Shown here piece after piece: positions 36,876 through 48,700 of a stretch of DNA of 64,000 nucleotides. Made by a program: the position numbers and the translations under genes. The notes below the pieces were generated by a model. The model was given only the letters and a program-made list of their open reading frames with translations, had not been told where the DNA came from and searched no databases. The stretch's first letter is position 1. Every line of letters starts with the position of its first letter. This DNA is from Fonticula alba ATCC 38817 (taxonomy: Eukaryota > Protista > Nucleariida). The stretch lies in assembly GCA_000388065.2 (NCBI GenBank), contig KB932201.1; one strand, given 5' to 3'.

Positions 36876-38659
36876 GTGCGCACACCTCCGCCCCTTTCCC
36901 TCCCTCTCCTCCGCCCCCTTCTCTCGTTCGTCGTCCCCCCCCTCCCTGCTGACAGGGAGGCTCCCTGGGGGGGGGCGCGGAGCTCTGAGAGAGACGGGTG
37001 GGTCCGGGGGGCAGGCGCCGAGGGCAGGGTGCTGTCGTGTCCGCGTGTCTCCCGCCGCGCGCATCCATACATGCGTGTGTGTGTGTGTGTGCATCCCCTT
37101 TCTCTCCTTCTTTCTTCCTCCCCCTCCCTCCTCTGCAAGCTATCGCCGCCCCGCTGGCTGCCAGTCCGGGTGTGTGCGCGCGCGCGCTCCTTCATACATA
37201 TCTGATCGCAATGCGCACATGCTCTGGGGCTCTGTGCGTCGGGGTGTGTCTGTCCTTGTAGCCGGAGCAGGGGGGGGGGCCCTCGAGAAGGGGGGAGGGG
37301 GATCTGTCGTGTCGCGTCTCCTTCCCACTTCCTCTCACTCTCTCCCTCCGGCGTCGCGCACGGCAACATATGTCCCAGCTTCAGTCGTGGGAGGTGCAAC
37401 TCTCCATATAGTAGTATAGAAGAAGGCACTTTCCTTATCCCAATTGCGCTTGCGCGCGCGCGCGCGCGCCCGCCCGTGCGTTTGCTTTTTGTGTATGTGT
37501 GTGTGTGTGTCTGTGTGTCGCCCGCCGCCCCCCTCCCTCCCCCTCCTCTCCCCCCCTTGCTGAGGGTGGGCTGGGCGCGGCGATCTCGCGCGCGCACGCT
37601 GCTTTCGGGCACCTTCTCTCTGATGACAATACCAACACCCAATATCCATCTCTCTCTCTGTGTGTCCTGTTCACCGTGTCTCATATGTCATTCTGTGGCT
37701 AGAGGGGGGGCGCGCGGCTGGCTCGCGTGTGTGTGTGTGTGTGTGTGTGTGTATGCTCGCGCCCAAGTTCGTATTTTGTTGTGGCCCCTCACCATGACTT
37801 GCTCTCCGCCTCGCGCCGCGCACGGGGCTGGGCGTCAATTCTCCCCCTCCTGGCGGCCTATGGGCGGGCGGGGGATTATGCGCGGTGGCGGACATTCCTC
37901 CCCTCCCCCGTCGCGCGGAGCCCTGTCTGCTCCTACTGGAGCGTCCTCATTGCGGGGTATATATGTACATGTACGTGGGTGCGCCTGTTTATGGCGCCGC
38001 CGCTCCCCTCCTCCAACAACCCAGCGGGGAGGCGCTCTACCCTGCCCTCCTCTTCCCGGAGGCAGGCAAAGCCCTGGCGCTTGTCGTGCAAAAAAGCTGT
38101 CATACATAGCAGCAAATGCGTTGGCACATCGTCCGGCGCCAATTCATCGCGCGAGGCACACATCCACATGCCTGCCAAGCGCACAGGAGAAGCGCCGCAA
38201 GACGCGCCGGCTTAACATCCCAGTTACCGCCGTCACCCCGTGCAATCACATGATCCAGATCCAATTACCACCCACATTCGCCTCCCATCTGCGAGGCTAT
38301 CCTCGCGTTCGAGCTGCTGGCGGCGGCGCCGCCGGCTTCTCCCCGTCCCAGGCCCCTTTCGTCGCGTCCCTGCCCGTTCGCAGGCACGAGCCAGTCCGGC
38401 ATCTCCCAGGGGATAAGAGACGGAAAGCACATCGACCGCCCTGCTTCTCACTGTGAAAGCCAAAAGGGTGCCCCCGGGAAAGACCCTCGCCCGTCCTCTC
38501 TCCCTCCTGTCCCCCTCCCCGCCCCCTGCCTTCTGGCGCTTCCTTCCCTTGCAGGGGGGGGGGGGGGAGGCCCTTCCAAGGGGGTGGCATGTGGCTCGGG
38601 CGCATGCGTGTGGTGTTGGTTCGTGTTGGTACACGGGAGGGAGGTACACTTCGGGCTTT

Positions 38660-41600
38660 CTATGTGCCGGGGCCAGTTGGACGAGTGCTAGGCACGCTAG
38701 CGGCGCCGGGTCCCGCGCTGACTGGTGTGCTGAGATGTGGGCGCTTGGGAGGATGATGGAGCGCGTTGTGCCCGGGGTCGGCGATCCCGCCCGAGCTTGA
38801 GCCAGCGCCCACTGCCACCGGTTCAAGTGGCTCGCAGATGACCGTATCCACGGTGCCCACGATGCAATCCCGGTGCTGGAGAAGCCACTGTTTCACCTGT
38901 GCCAGGTAGTCCTGCAGTGCGGCGATGTCTGACTGGAGGGCCGCATGTCGGTCCTTGGCCACTTCGAGATCATGGATGCGTTGCTCACGGGCGAGCTTTG
39001 TCCGCTGTCGCGACCGGGCTGCCGCTTCGCGGCAGGCCTGACGGCGACGCTCCCTCCGGAGCTGCTGCGTTTCTGGGCTATCCGGCTGGTTCTTACGTTT
39101 GCGTGGGATCTGCGCGTTGGCCGGCGATGAGGATGCGTGCATGCCGCCGGCCGAGTAGGGGGTGTGTGAGCCGCCAGCCGAGAAGGGCGTATGCATGCCG
39201 CCGGCCGAGTGGGGAGCCTGCATGCCGGCCGAGTGGGGAGCCTGCATGCCGGCCGAGTGGGGAGCCTGCATGCCGGCCGAGTGGGGAGCCTGCATCCCGG
39301 CCGAGTGGGGAGCCTGCATGCCGGCCGAGTGGGGAGCCTGCATGCCGGCCGAGTGGGGAGCCTGCATGCCGGCCGAGTGGGGAGCCTGCATACCGGCCGA
39401 GTGGGGAGCCTGCATGCCGGCCGAGTGGGGGGCCTGCATGCCGGCCGAGTGGGGTGCATGTCCGCCAGCAGACAAAGGAGCTTGCCCTCCAGCTGAGTGC
39501 GGGGCTCGTACAAAGCCACCAGCACTGCCTGGCTGTGGTGGATGCCCGGGGCGAGGCCCGGTACCACCTGGCCGCCGGAGCCCCAAGTCGGTCACGCTGT
39601 CGAGCAGGCGCAGGTTGCTTGCCACATCAGCCACCGAATGCGCGCCCGGCAGGAGGACCGCTCGGCCAGAGTAGTCCATCGACAGCGGGCTGAGCACTGG
39701 CGCTGGAGATACAGGAGCACGGGCGGACGAATGAAGACCGCCGAAGCTTGCGACGGCCCCCGGTGAGGGGGGCGGGAAGCTGCCCGAGCCGTTGGGCGGC
39801 CCGGGCGAGGGATATTGTGAAGAGGAAACCGCAGCCACACCTGTCCGCGGGAGAGGGGGACCATATTGTTGCTGATGTTGCTGATGGGAGGGGTGGTATC
39901 CTGACAGTGAAATGGGCGAGACGGGAGCTGATCCAGGGCCCGGGGTGCTTATGAGCGTCAGAAGCCCGGCATTGCTCAGCAGCGGCTGCTGGAGATCATG
40001 CCCATCTGCGCCCGGATGCAGGAACCCAAGCGGCCCCAGGGGCTGTGGTTGGGGCGTGTTCTCCAGCGAAGAAACAAAGCCTGTGGGGAGGAAAGCCCGG
40101 CCGCTGGCCATACTGCGTGACAAAAAGGCCAGATTGCGCTTAACCGGATCATCGTCCACGGGCGAATGGAGGGTCGATCCTCCGCTGGCCATGGCAGAGG
40201 TACCGGGAAGCAGGCCAGGCCAGCCGCTGGCCCGCGATCGGCACTCCATCCCGACGGCGCTGCCACTGCCACTGGCACCGCTGCTGCTGCTGCTGCTGCT
40301 GCCGCCACTGCCGCTAGCCACGTACATTTGCGGGAGGTGCTGTAGATCGGCGGTCACTGGCAGAGCCAGCCCCATGGGCAGAGGTGCCGGGGAGGGGGAT
40401 GTGGTGAAAAGTTGGATGCTCCCTGGGCCGGTGTTGTGCAAGGGCGCACCCCCGCTGGAAGGGGCATCCACGCGCGCGAGCATTGGCAAAGAGGGGAGCA
40501 TCTGTGCCGAGCCATGGGTGGCGCCGGGTGAAGGGGGAATGATAATCACAGGGCCGGGGGCATTATGCCGGCCGGAGGGCCCGACAGGCAGTGGATCAAC
40601 CTGGATCCTCGGGGGCGGAGGTGCCGGGCCCGATGGCCGGTGCCCCGGGTGGCTGCCCGGGGGTGCCGCCGGACTGATGGGGAAGCGGAAGCCGGCCGAC
40701 GGCGGGGCCGAGGGCGGCCGCGAGGCCGGCAGTCCATAGCCCCCTCCAGCGGACCACAGTGGCTGTGCCGAGGGAGGGTGGCTGTCAAGTGGATATTCGG
40801 CCGGGATGGAGAGGGGGGCCAGGCCGAGGCCAAAGTGCCGGAGCCGGGCCGAAAGCGGAACAGAGCAGAGTGTGCCGTCTGCCCGCTCCAGGTAGATGGG
40901 GAACTGGTCCGACTCGCCGACCAGCGAAATGGGCGGCGGCCGCGGGACCGGCGGCGACATCAGCTGGTCGATTTCCTCGAAGATGCGTTGCGTGGTGGAG
41001 GCGATCGACTCGCCGAGGGAGCCCCCCGTGCCGGACAGTGTGGCCGGCGATGAGGGGATCGAGGATTCGTCATCCGGCTCGGGGGAATCATCCGACCCGC
41101 CACCGTCCTCGGGCGATGCCGGGTCCGAGCCGGCGGGAGAGGGAGAGCGCTCGGTGGCATTGGCCCGGGAGGGAGCCGGGGCCTTGGCAGGCCGAGTGGC
41201 CGTCCCCCCGGGCGGACTGTCGTCTGAGAAGAGGGCAGATGTTGGCTGGCTGGAGCTGGTCAGCAGGTCGAACAGCTCTTGAAAGTTGCCGGACGCCGGG
41301 AGGGACACATGCGGCATGCGCGGAGCGCCGCCATTGGCCGCTCCGGCCGAGGGCCAGGTGACCAGGGTCGTGGGGCCGGCGGGCAGGAGTCCGGGCAGGT
41401 GCAGGCCGCCCGCACTCAGTGGCGTCCCGCCGGAGGCCCCAGCACTTAGAGGCGGACCGCCGCCGCCGCCGCCGCCGCCGCTATGGGGGAAGCCCGGGAC
41501 CGGGGTCAGCAGCGACGGTCCTGGCTTGGCCAGGAGGTCCCCGGCCCAGTGGGCGTGGGGCTGATGGAACAGGTGTTGCGAGGCCGAGTGCAGGGAGTGC

Positions 41601-42022
41601 AGATGCTGCGAGGCCGAGTGGAGCTGATACGTGTGGATCCCGCCGCCGCCGGCGCCGCCGCCGGCAGTGGTGGTCGATGATCGCGAGGAAAGAGGCGACG
41701 TCAGGACCGACCGGCGGCCAGGCTCCGGGGTGACCAGGCGCGCGGAGTTCGGGAAGAGGGCAGCAAAGCTCAGCTGGTGCACGTAGACATCCAGCGAGGC
41801 CGACATCCGGTGGTGGTGGTGGTGGTGGTGATGGTGGTGGTGGTGCTGGGAGAAGCCCTCGACGGCGGCACTGGTCTCGGCCGCGGAGAAGGAGTCCATC
41901 GGCGCGGTCAAGTCATGCGAGATGCCGTGCAGGGAGATCGACAGCCCGGGAGGACCGGCTGGCTGGGCGATGGCAGGAGGCAGGGGACCACCGCCGGGGT
42001 GTCGAGAATGAAGACCGCTCAT
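38660..42022 (-). CDS. bZIP transcription factor, ATF2/Atf1-like, ~1120 aa, with long Pro/Ser/His/Gly-rich N-terminus
   Basis: Basic region RRERRRQACREAAARSRQR, then a zipper ending LAQVKQWLLQHRDC (compare LLLAHKDC in ATF2/Atf1). Uninterrupted ORF; start at 42022 is assumed. Confidence 0.8.
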   Translation of the reverse strand: MSGLHSRHPGGGPLPPAIAQPAGPPGLSISLHGISHDLTAPMDSFSAAETSAAVEGFSQHHHHHHHHHHHHRMSASLDVYVHQLSFAALFPNSARLVTPEPGRRSVLTSPLSSRSSTTTAGGGAGGGGIHTYQLHSASQHLHSLHSASQHLFHQPHAHWAGDLLAKPGPSLLTPVPGFPHSGGGGGGGGPPLSAGASGGTPLSAGGLHLPGLLPAGPTTLVTWPSAGAANGGAPRMPHVSLPASGNFQELFDLLTSSSQPTSALFSDDSPPGGTATRPAKAPAPSRANATERSPSPAGSDPASPEDGGGSDDSPEPDDESSIPSSPATLSGTGGSLGESIASTTQRIFEEIDQLMSPPVPRPPPISLVGESDQFPIYLERADGTLCSVPLSARLRHFGLGLAPLSIPAEYPLDSHPPSAQPLWSAGGGYGLPASRPPSAPPSAGFRFPISPAAPPGSHPGHRPSGPAPPPPRIQVDPLPVGPSGRHNAPGPVIIIPPSPGATHGSAQMLPSLPMLARVDAPSSGGAPLHNTGPGSIQLFTTSPSPAPLPMGLALPVTADLQHLPQMYVASGSGGSSSSSSSGASGSGSAVGMECRSRASGWPGLLPGTSAMASGGSTLHSPVDDDPVKRNLAFLSRSMASGRAFLPTGFVSSLENTPQPQPLGPLGFLHPGADGHDLQQPLLSNAGLLTLISTPGPGSAPVSPISLSGYHPSHQQHQQQYGPPLPRTGVAAVSSSQYPSPGPPNGSGSFPPPSPGAVASFGGLHSSARAPVSPAPVLSPLSMDYSGRAVLLPGAHSVADVASNLRLLDSVTDLGLRRPGGTGPRPGHPPQPGSAGGFVRAPHSAGGQAPLSAGGHAPHSAGMQAPHSAGMQAPHSAGMQAPHSAGMQAPHSAGMQAPHSAGMQAPHSAGMQAPHSAGMQAPHSAGMQAPHSAGMQAPHSAGGMHTPFSAGGSHTPYSAGGMHASSSPANAQIPRKRKNQPDSPETQQLRRERRRQACREAAARSRQRTKLAREQRIHDLEVAKDRHAALQSDIAALQDYLAQVKQWLLQHRDCIVGTVDTVICEPLEPVAVGAGSSSGGIADPGHNALHHPPKRPHLSTPVSAGPGAASVPSTRPTGPGT
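39201..39460 (-). repeat. Coding minisatellite: about 11 tandem copies of a 24-nt unit (+ strand ccggccgagtggggagcctgcatg) encoding (APHSAGMQ)n
   Basis: Read directly from the sequence. Copies are contiguous with no spacers, with a few single-base variants and degenerate flanking units (PLSAG, PFSAG, PYSAG). Confidence 0.97.
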
Positions 42023-44260
42023 AGTGTGCCGAGATCTACGAGGAGGTGAGACCAGGGCGGGTATCTGGGGGTGGTGATGGGCAGGGCGATGTACCAGCGG
42101 TCCGGGGTCCCCAACAGCTCCCGCGTCTGGGCCGATGTGTACGAATGTGGGTGCCTGTGTGGGTGCGTGCGTGCGTGGGTGCGTGCGTGCGTGTGGTGGT
42201 GGTGGTGGTGGTGGTGGGGGCAGGGGGGGGGGGGAGGAAAGGAGATTGTATGCCGGGGAATCGAGGCTGATGTGTGCGTGGGCGGTGGCGGAAAACCATC
42301 TAGGCGATCCGTCTTGCAATGATCCCGTAGCTGGCTCTGGGCGAGGAGGTTCGGGCGGGGCGGCGAGGGGATCAATGTGTTGCCTACGCGAGACCCCCTT
42401 CCCGGCTGTTGGGCATCGCGTCGCTTCTTCGGGCCCCGCCGTGCCTCGAGGGCTTCCGGCGCGGGGGCGGGGCCCGGCTCCCGGCCCTCTATGCCGGCCT
42501 GCCCAGGTGGATGGGGGGAAAAACAAATACCCCCTATGATGCCAACGGGCGAAGGTTGCCGCGGGTGTGTCGCTGAACATGTGTGTGTATTCCCCCCCCC
42601 CCCCCTCCCGCCGCCTCCGGTATGCAGAGGCGCTGGGAGGGTTGAACACCGGGCCGGGGTGGCTTTCTCCCGCCCAAGGATCGGTCCTCGGATGTGCGAG
42701 GCATTCGTGGGGGCGGGCCTGAAACGGGTCGAAGTAAACAATCGGCTGCAGACGCCGGTTGCCGGCGCGCTGCCGGGTGATCTGAAAATGCCAGGCACCG
42801 GGCCGGACGGGGGCACAGGGAGGGCGCAGGGTGCGAGGGGGAAGCCCGGGGGGGGGAACATCCCAGGCCCTTTCCCAGGAGAGCCCGACGGCCGGACTCC
42901 CCAGCGAACCGGCCGAATTCTAGACCCCCCACACCATCAGGGGAGCGGGGGGGGGGGCACACGCCTGGGCATGCAGGCGCGGTGAGGGTGTGTCTTCCTG
43001 CCCTTTGGACTGCCAATGCGCAAGGTCTTGCCACGCTGCCCTGGCCTCATCTGCCCGGCTGACACCCGCCGGTGCCGGTGTTCCCCGGCCCGGCGCTGTG
43101 TTCGCACACACATTCTTCAGTGCCGATGTCCGCGCGCGCGCATGCATGTATGTCTGTGTCTGTGTGTGTGTGTGTGTGTGCGTGTGGCTAGCCGGCCGCC
43201 GCCATGGATGGAGAGACGTGTTCGCAGGCACGCGCGAGAGCGCCCCCGCAGCCTCAGCCGCCCAGGGGGAGCATGGAGCAGGCCCAGAGGCGGCCGGTGT
43301 TTCAGCCGGCCTTTCGTTCTTCCTTCCTACCGGGGCCTGCGTGGGCTCCGTCGTGGCCGCCATGCACCGGGAATATCCGCCTCTGTGCCCCGCGGCACGG
43401 GTCTATTTCAGGGACCGGTCCATACACATGCTGGGAGCCGCTCAGCCGGATGGGCTCCATCCTCTCGTCCCCCCCCCCCCCCCCCGGCAGGTTCCACATC
43501 CAGCGGATCCNNNNNNNNNNNNNNNNNNNNNNNNNNNNNNNNNNNNNNNNNCCCCCCTCGCGCCCTGGGCAGCTGAGGAATTCCGCGCACATGGCCCCCG
43601 CACCGGTCCCGAGGGGGTGAGAGGAGGGGCGTAGCTGCCCCCCCCCCCCCCCCCCCCCCTGCCCTGTCTTTCGCCCGGATCCCGTCCTCCTGCCTGGCGA
43701 GGGCCGTTTCGTGGATCTCCACATCGCACCTTTCCCAACAGAGAGAGGCAAAGAAAGATGGAGGGACAGACTGGCGTCAGCAGAAGGGGGTAGGGTCGGT
43801 CAGGGGCGAGGGTAATGGGGAGTCCGGACAAACGGTGATGTTTCACATAAATATATATATCCTTCTTCAAGCATGTGGGCGCCCGACAAACGCGCGGGAG
43901 CATTTCACAGGCGGGAATTTGCCGCGCGAAGGACCAAAATGATGGATCACCCCACCGCCGCCAGGTCGGGCTGGGCCTCTGACAGGCTCTCCCCGTATCT
44001 CGGGGGTCCAGGGGTGAGGTCAGACAAAAATACGTTGCCGGAAAAGTGATGTGTCGCCTCCTGGCGACGGCGGGTTAAAAAGCCCGGTTAATGCGGCCGC
44101 CGCCGGGTGTCCACCCCTGCCGGCCTCTCGGCCCCCGTCCCCTCCCCTCGAAAGGGCGGCGGCCAACCTGGATCGTGGCCGGCGCGGCCGATGTCTCCTT
44201 CCTTCGGGTCAACTCGGCGGCTCCCGGCAAGGAGGCGTAATCCGCCCGTACAATGTGGCC

Positions 44261-44295
<35 letters not shown>

Positions 44296-44721
44296 ACCTC
44301 CGCGAACAGGGTGTGGTCGTGTCGGCCCCGCAGACCTCTTGGAGTGGCGTTGCGCGGGGAAAATCCCCCCGGCCATACACGCCCCCTTGCCACGGGGATG
44401 CAAAGAAAAGGCGGCCCGTGTGGGTGGGTTTCGTCCCAACGCCAGCCTCTCCTTGGCCAGGGGCTTTTTCGGGCCCCCCAAAGACCGCGGCCGTGCAGCC
44501 GGGGGCACCGAGGCACACGGGGCCTACACCGTGCAGACAGACAGACAGACAGACACACACACACACACATACACAGACGTGTGGCATTATTCGCAGGCGT
44601 TGTTCCCCACCGCCCCCCACTCTCCCGGGATGGTAATCCTTCGGACTGGGCCGGTCGCGGTAGGGACAAAATGCGGCCGGGGACACGTCTTAAAAATGGT
44701 CCTGCCCGGGTCAAAAGGATG

Positions 44722-44803
44722 CATCACCGGCAGGATTTGAACCTACGCGGGCAGAGCCCATCCGATTTCTAATCGGACTCCTTAACCACTCGGACACGGT
44801 GAT
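44722..44803 (-). tRNA. tRNA-Ser (anticodon AGA)
   Basis: Reverse complement: acceptor stem ATCACCG/CGGTGAT, anticodon arm TCCGA-TTAGAAA-TCGGA, long variable arm GGGCTCTGCCC, T-loop GGTTCAAATCC, discriminator G, and a downstream TTTT. Confidence 0.96.
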
Positions 44804-44904
44804 CTCATCTGCAGGGAACCATGGGAAATGGGAATAAATTTGTTCGCGATATCCCACAAACCAACACGTATAAATAGCCCATGCCGCCCCCGTTGGGTAC
44901 TACA

Positions 44905-44977
44905 TCCCATATGGTCTAGGTGGTTAGGATACGTGGCTTTCACCCACGCGCCCCGGGTTCGAGTCCCGGTATGGGAG
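44905..44977 (+). tRNA. tRNA-Glu (anticodon TTC)
   Basis: Acceptor stem TCCCATA/TATGGGA, anticodon arm CGTGG-CTTTCAC-CCACG, T arm CCGGG-TTCGAGT-CCCGG, and a downstream T-tract terminator. Confidence 0.96.
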
Positions 44978-45710
44978 ATTGTATTTTAGTTTTTTTGCCC
45001 ACCTGCGACCGCCCGAGGTGCCTGCCGCCGTCTCCGCGCCCCCTGCGCCATGCTCTCGGGCTTTCGCCCTGAGAGAGAGAGAGGCAGGAGCGCTTCCCCG
45101 ACCAGGGCATTCCTCCAAACCCGAGGCAGCTGCATCGCCATCGGCCACGCGCCCCTCTGTTGGCGATGGTTCGTGGCTCGAGGAGGCCGCCCGCGGAAAG
45201 CCTTCTGATCTCGAAAGGGGGCATGCTCCCCTGTGGCCCGCCACATGCCTGGTTTGCGAGGACTTCGCAGTGAGCGAGCAGCGAGGGCAATGAAGGGACA
45301 TAGCAATCAGGCGGCGGGCGCCATCCGGGCGGTACCACCTGCGGGGAGGGGGAAAAGTACGGATCCTCCTTCTTCTGTCTTTTTTTTTCTCTCTCTCACT
45401 CTCTCTCACTGTGTGTAGGGGGAAGGGGGCTGTATTATACAAGTACATTGGTGGGCGAGGGTTCGTGTGCTTCGCAGAGACGGGGAGACCGCCCCGCCCC
45501 ACAGAAAGGGGAGCACCAGCGCTGCCAGAAGGAAGACATCTCCGGCCCCCCCCCCCCCCCCCCCACCCCTGGAGTGGCCACGCTCGGGTGTATGGGGGTG
45601 CATGGGTCTCAGGAGGATGGGGGGATACTCTTGAACAGCCGAGGCTGGAGAGAAGCCCGGCCGAGAGAAGTCCCCCCCCTTGTCGGGGCGTGTCGCGCGG
45701 TTGGTGTGCC

Positions 45711-48700
45711 TCAGTCGTCCAATTTAGAGGGGCTGGCGCTTCCGTCGATCGGATTAGCCGGCGCCGGGTCCTTGGCGGTTTCGTCCTGAATCTCGTGCAT
45801 GCGATTGCGCATCCGCCGGAGCTGCGACCGCCGTGCGATCTCATCAATCTCCTTCTGATGCAGGGAGGCCAGATCGTCCGCGGTAGCGGCCGAGGCGGTG
45901 GCCCCGCTCGAAGAGGCCGGGCTAGTGACCCGATCGGCCGGCGAGCGGATCTCGAAATTATCCGACAGCAGGTGCCGCGGGACAACAATCCGCCGAACCG
46001 ACGGGCTGCGAGGGGAGAAAGTCCCCTTGGCATCGGTGGCGGATGTGGCCGAGGTGCCGGCCGAAGACGCGGCGGCCGGGGCTTGGGCGATGGCCTGTGC
46101 AGGAACCGAAGCCGGGGTCGGCGCATCCGACGACGGTGAGGCCGTGCCGCCGGTGGCTGGGCGCCGGCCACGCGTCGGGGTTGTCGGCTCATGAGCCGGA
46201 CCCGCCAGCGAGGAGGAGGAGGAAGAGGTGGAGGAGGAAGCGGAGGAGGGGGCGATGCTGGCAGTTGCCGCGGCCGCGGCCGCGGCCGACGCCTTCTGCT
46301 GTTGGCGCAGGGTTTCCACCTTACGCAGGAGGTCATCGCGCTCGGTGCGCAAGTCATCCACCTCCACCCGGGACCGGAACAGCTCCGACTCCATGGCCCG
46401 GCTGGAGTCCAAGGTGCGGTCCAGCTCCTCGCGCAGCTCCCGCTCACGGCGTTGCTGCTGCTGCTGGGCCTGCTGGGCCTGCTGGGTGGGCGGCTGCCCG
46501 GCACAGGCGGCACACCCAGTGCCAGATGCGCCGCCCGGTGACAAGGGCAGCCCGCCTGGACCGGTGGCACGTACAAGCGGCCGGCCAGGCCGGCCGCCCA
46601 CAGGCGACAGTGGCGTGCCCCCGGCCCCCGGCGACAGGATCCCCCGTGGAGACAGCGGCTCGGCCAGGCCGCCGGCCGTGGCCGTGGCAGTCGACAAATG
46701 GGCACTTGCCATTTCCTGCTCCTCCAGCCGTCGGCGAAGGTGGTCCCGCTCCTCGCGCAGGTCTTCGGCATCCTGCCGGGCCTTGGCCGCGTCCGCCTGC
46801 GCCCGGGCCAAATGCTGGGCAGCCTGCTCCAATGCCGCCTGGTGTTCCTTCTCCATGCGATCGCGCTCGGCCTCGGCCTCGGCAAGGGTCTCAGCAATGC
46901 GCGTCTCCAGATCTTGGATGGTTCGCTGGCTGGTCCGGAGAGCCGTCTCACCGGCTGACACATCCTGCGACAGCTGCGACACCGATTCGCTGAGCAGCTT
47001 GGCTTGGTCGCGCTGGGTCTCCAGCGAGGCTTCCAACGAGGAGGCCGTTGACAGGGCAGCCTCCAAGCGCGAGGCCAGCTCGGCTGCCCGCTGCTGCTCA
47101 GCATGGATGCGTCGGTTGAGCTCCGCACGGGCCTCCTCATTGGCGGCCTCCAGGGCCTCGCGGTCACGCTCAAACTGGCGCTCCTGGGCCTGGCGCGCGC
47201 TGTCCAGCGAGTGTAAACGCGCCTCGGCCGCCAGCCGGGCCAATTGGGCCTCCTCCACCTCCAACTGCAAGTCCCGCTGGCGGCTGCGCTCCAGATCCAA
47301 GCGCGCACGCGGGTCATCAATGGTGATGGCCCCGACCACGGCGATGGTGGATTCCACCTCATCCGCAAAGTTTTCCGAATCCTGAAGAGCCGCCCGCAGG
47401 TCGGCGATGAGCGCATCACGCGCTTGCACCAAGCGCTCAAGCTCCGCCAGCCGGGCTACCGAGTCATCCGGCGTGCTGGCCGGATCACCGCGGGATGCCA
47501 ATTTCAAGGACGACAATTGCTCCCGCGAATCGGCCAACTCCCGGCGCACGGCGGCCGCCTCGTGCAGGGCATTGTCTCGTTCGAGAGTCAGGCGATTGGC
47601 GATCACCTCGAAGCGCCGCCGCGCATCCTCCAGCTCCTTGGCACGTTGGCTTTCGCTGAGGCTCGAGTCGCGGGCCGATTCGCGGGCCTCCAATGCCGCC
47701 ACGCGGGCCGACAAGACGGCCGCATGCGAGCGGGCCTCCGCAAGCAGCCGGCGTTCCGCTTGCAAATCACCCAGCAGCTGGTCTCGATGGCCTTCGAGCT
47801 GCTGCGAGGACTGGCTCACATCGGCTGCCAGGCGTTCCAGGGCCGCCTCCTTCTCATGGAGCGAGCGGGCCAGGGCCGACACGCGATCTTCCAAAGCCAG
47901 GCGACTTTGCCGAACGGCTTCCAGCTCATTGCGCGCGGCGTCTCGCTCGGCCACCGTGCGATCCAATTCCTCGGTCCCACGGCGGCGCTCGGCCACCAAA
48001 TGATCATACTGCCGGCGGAAGCGGCCGAACTCCGCCACCTTCTGCTCGATGTCGGCCAATAGGCGATCATGCTCGGCTTCCTCCTGCTCCAGGAGGGCCT
48101 TCAGCCTCCCGGATCGGGCACGTTCTTGATTTAATGCCAATTCCAGGGGCTTCAAATGTTGGAGCAACTCCACCGGCAGGGCACCCGGCTCGGAGCCATT
48201 GGCCTGGTCCATGGCCAGAAGGCCGGACAGATCGCCGGCCGGCGGGTTGGCTCGGGTCAGCTGCTCTCGCAAGCGAGTGAGCTCCTGTTGCAGCGATTGG
48301 CAAAGAGCCCCGAGGCGGTCCCGTTCTTGACGCAAGTCGGCCTGGTCTTGGGGTGAGAAGGCCGCAGCGGCGCCCACCGCGCCGGGGGTGGTAGCCGTGG
48401 CCGACCCCCCAGGGCGCAAGCCCAGCGGCGGCAGGCCAGCAGGGAAGGCCCGCAGGGGGGATGTCGGCCGGCCGCCATCGGCCGCGCGCAAGACACTTCG
48501 CAGGAAGCCGTCCATGGCCGCGGCATGTGTGAACCCGACAAAGGCCAATTGCGAGCGAATGGTCGACAGGATGTCCGCATGCGAGGGGGTGGCCCGGCCG
48601 CTGCCGGAGGCCCCGGTCCCGGGACGCCGAGAGGGCAGCCCCGGGGACCCGGGGGACCCGGCGCCGCTGCTACTGCCGCTGCTGCTGCCGCCCAGGGAGG

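Noticed and set aside
39201-39460. 24-nt direct repeats as a CRISPR array
   Set aside because: The units are contiguous with no unique spacers, lie in frame within a bZIP ORF, and no cas genes are present.
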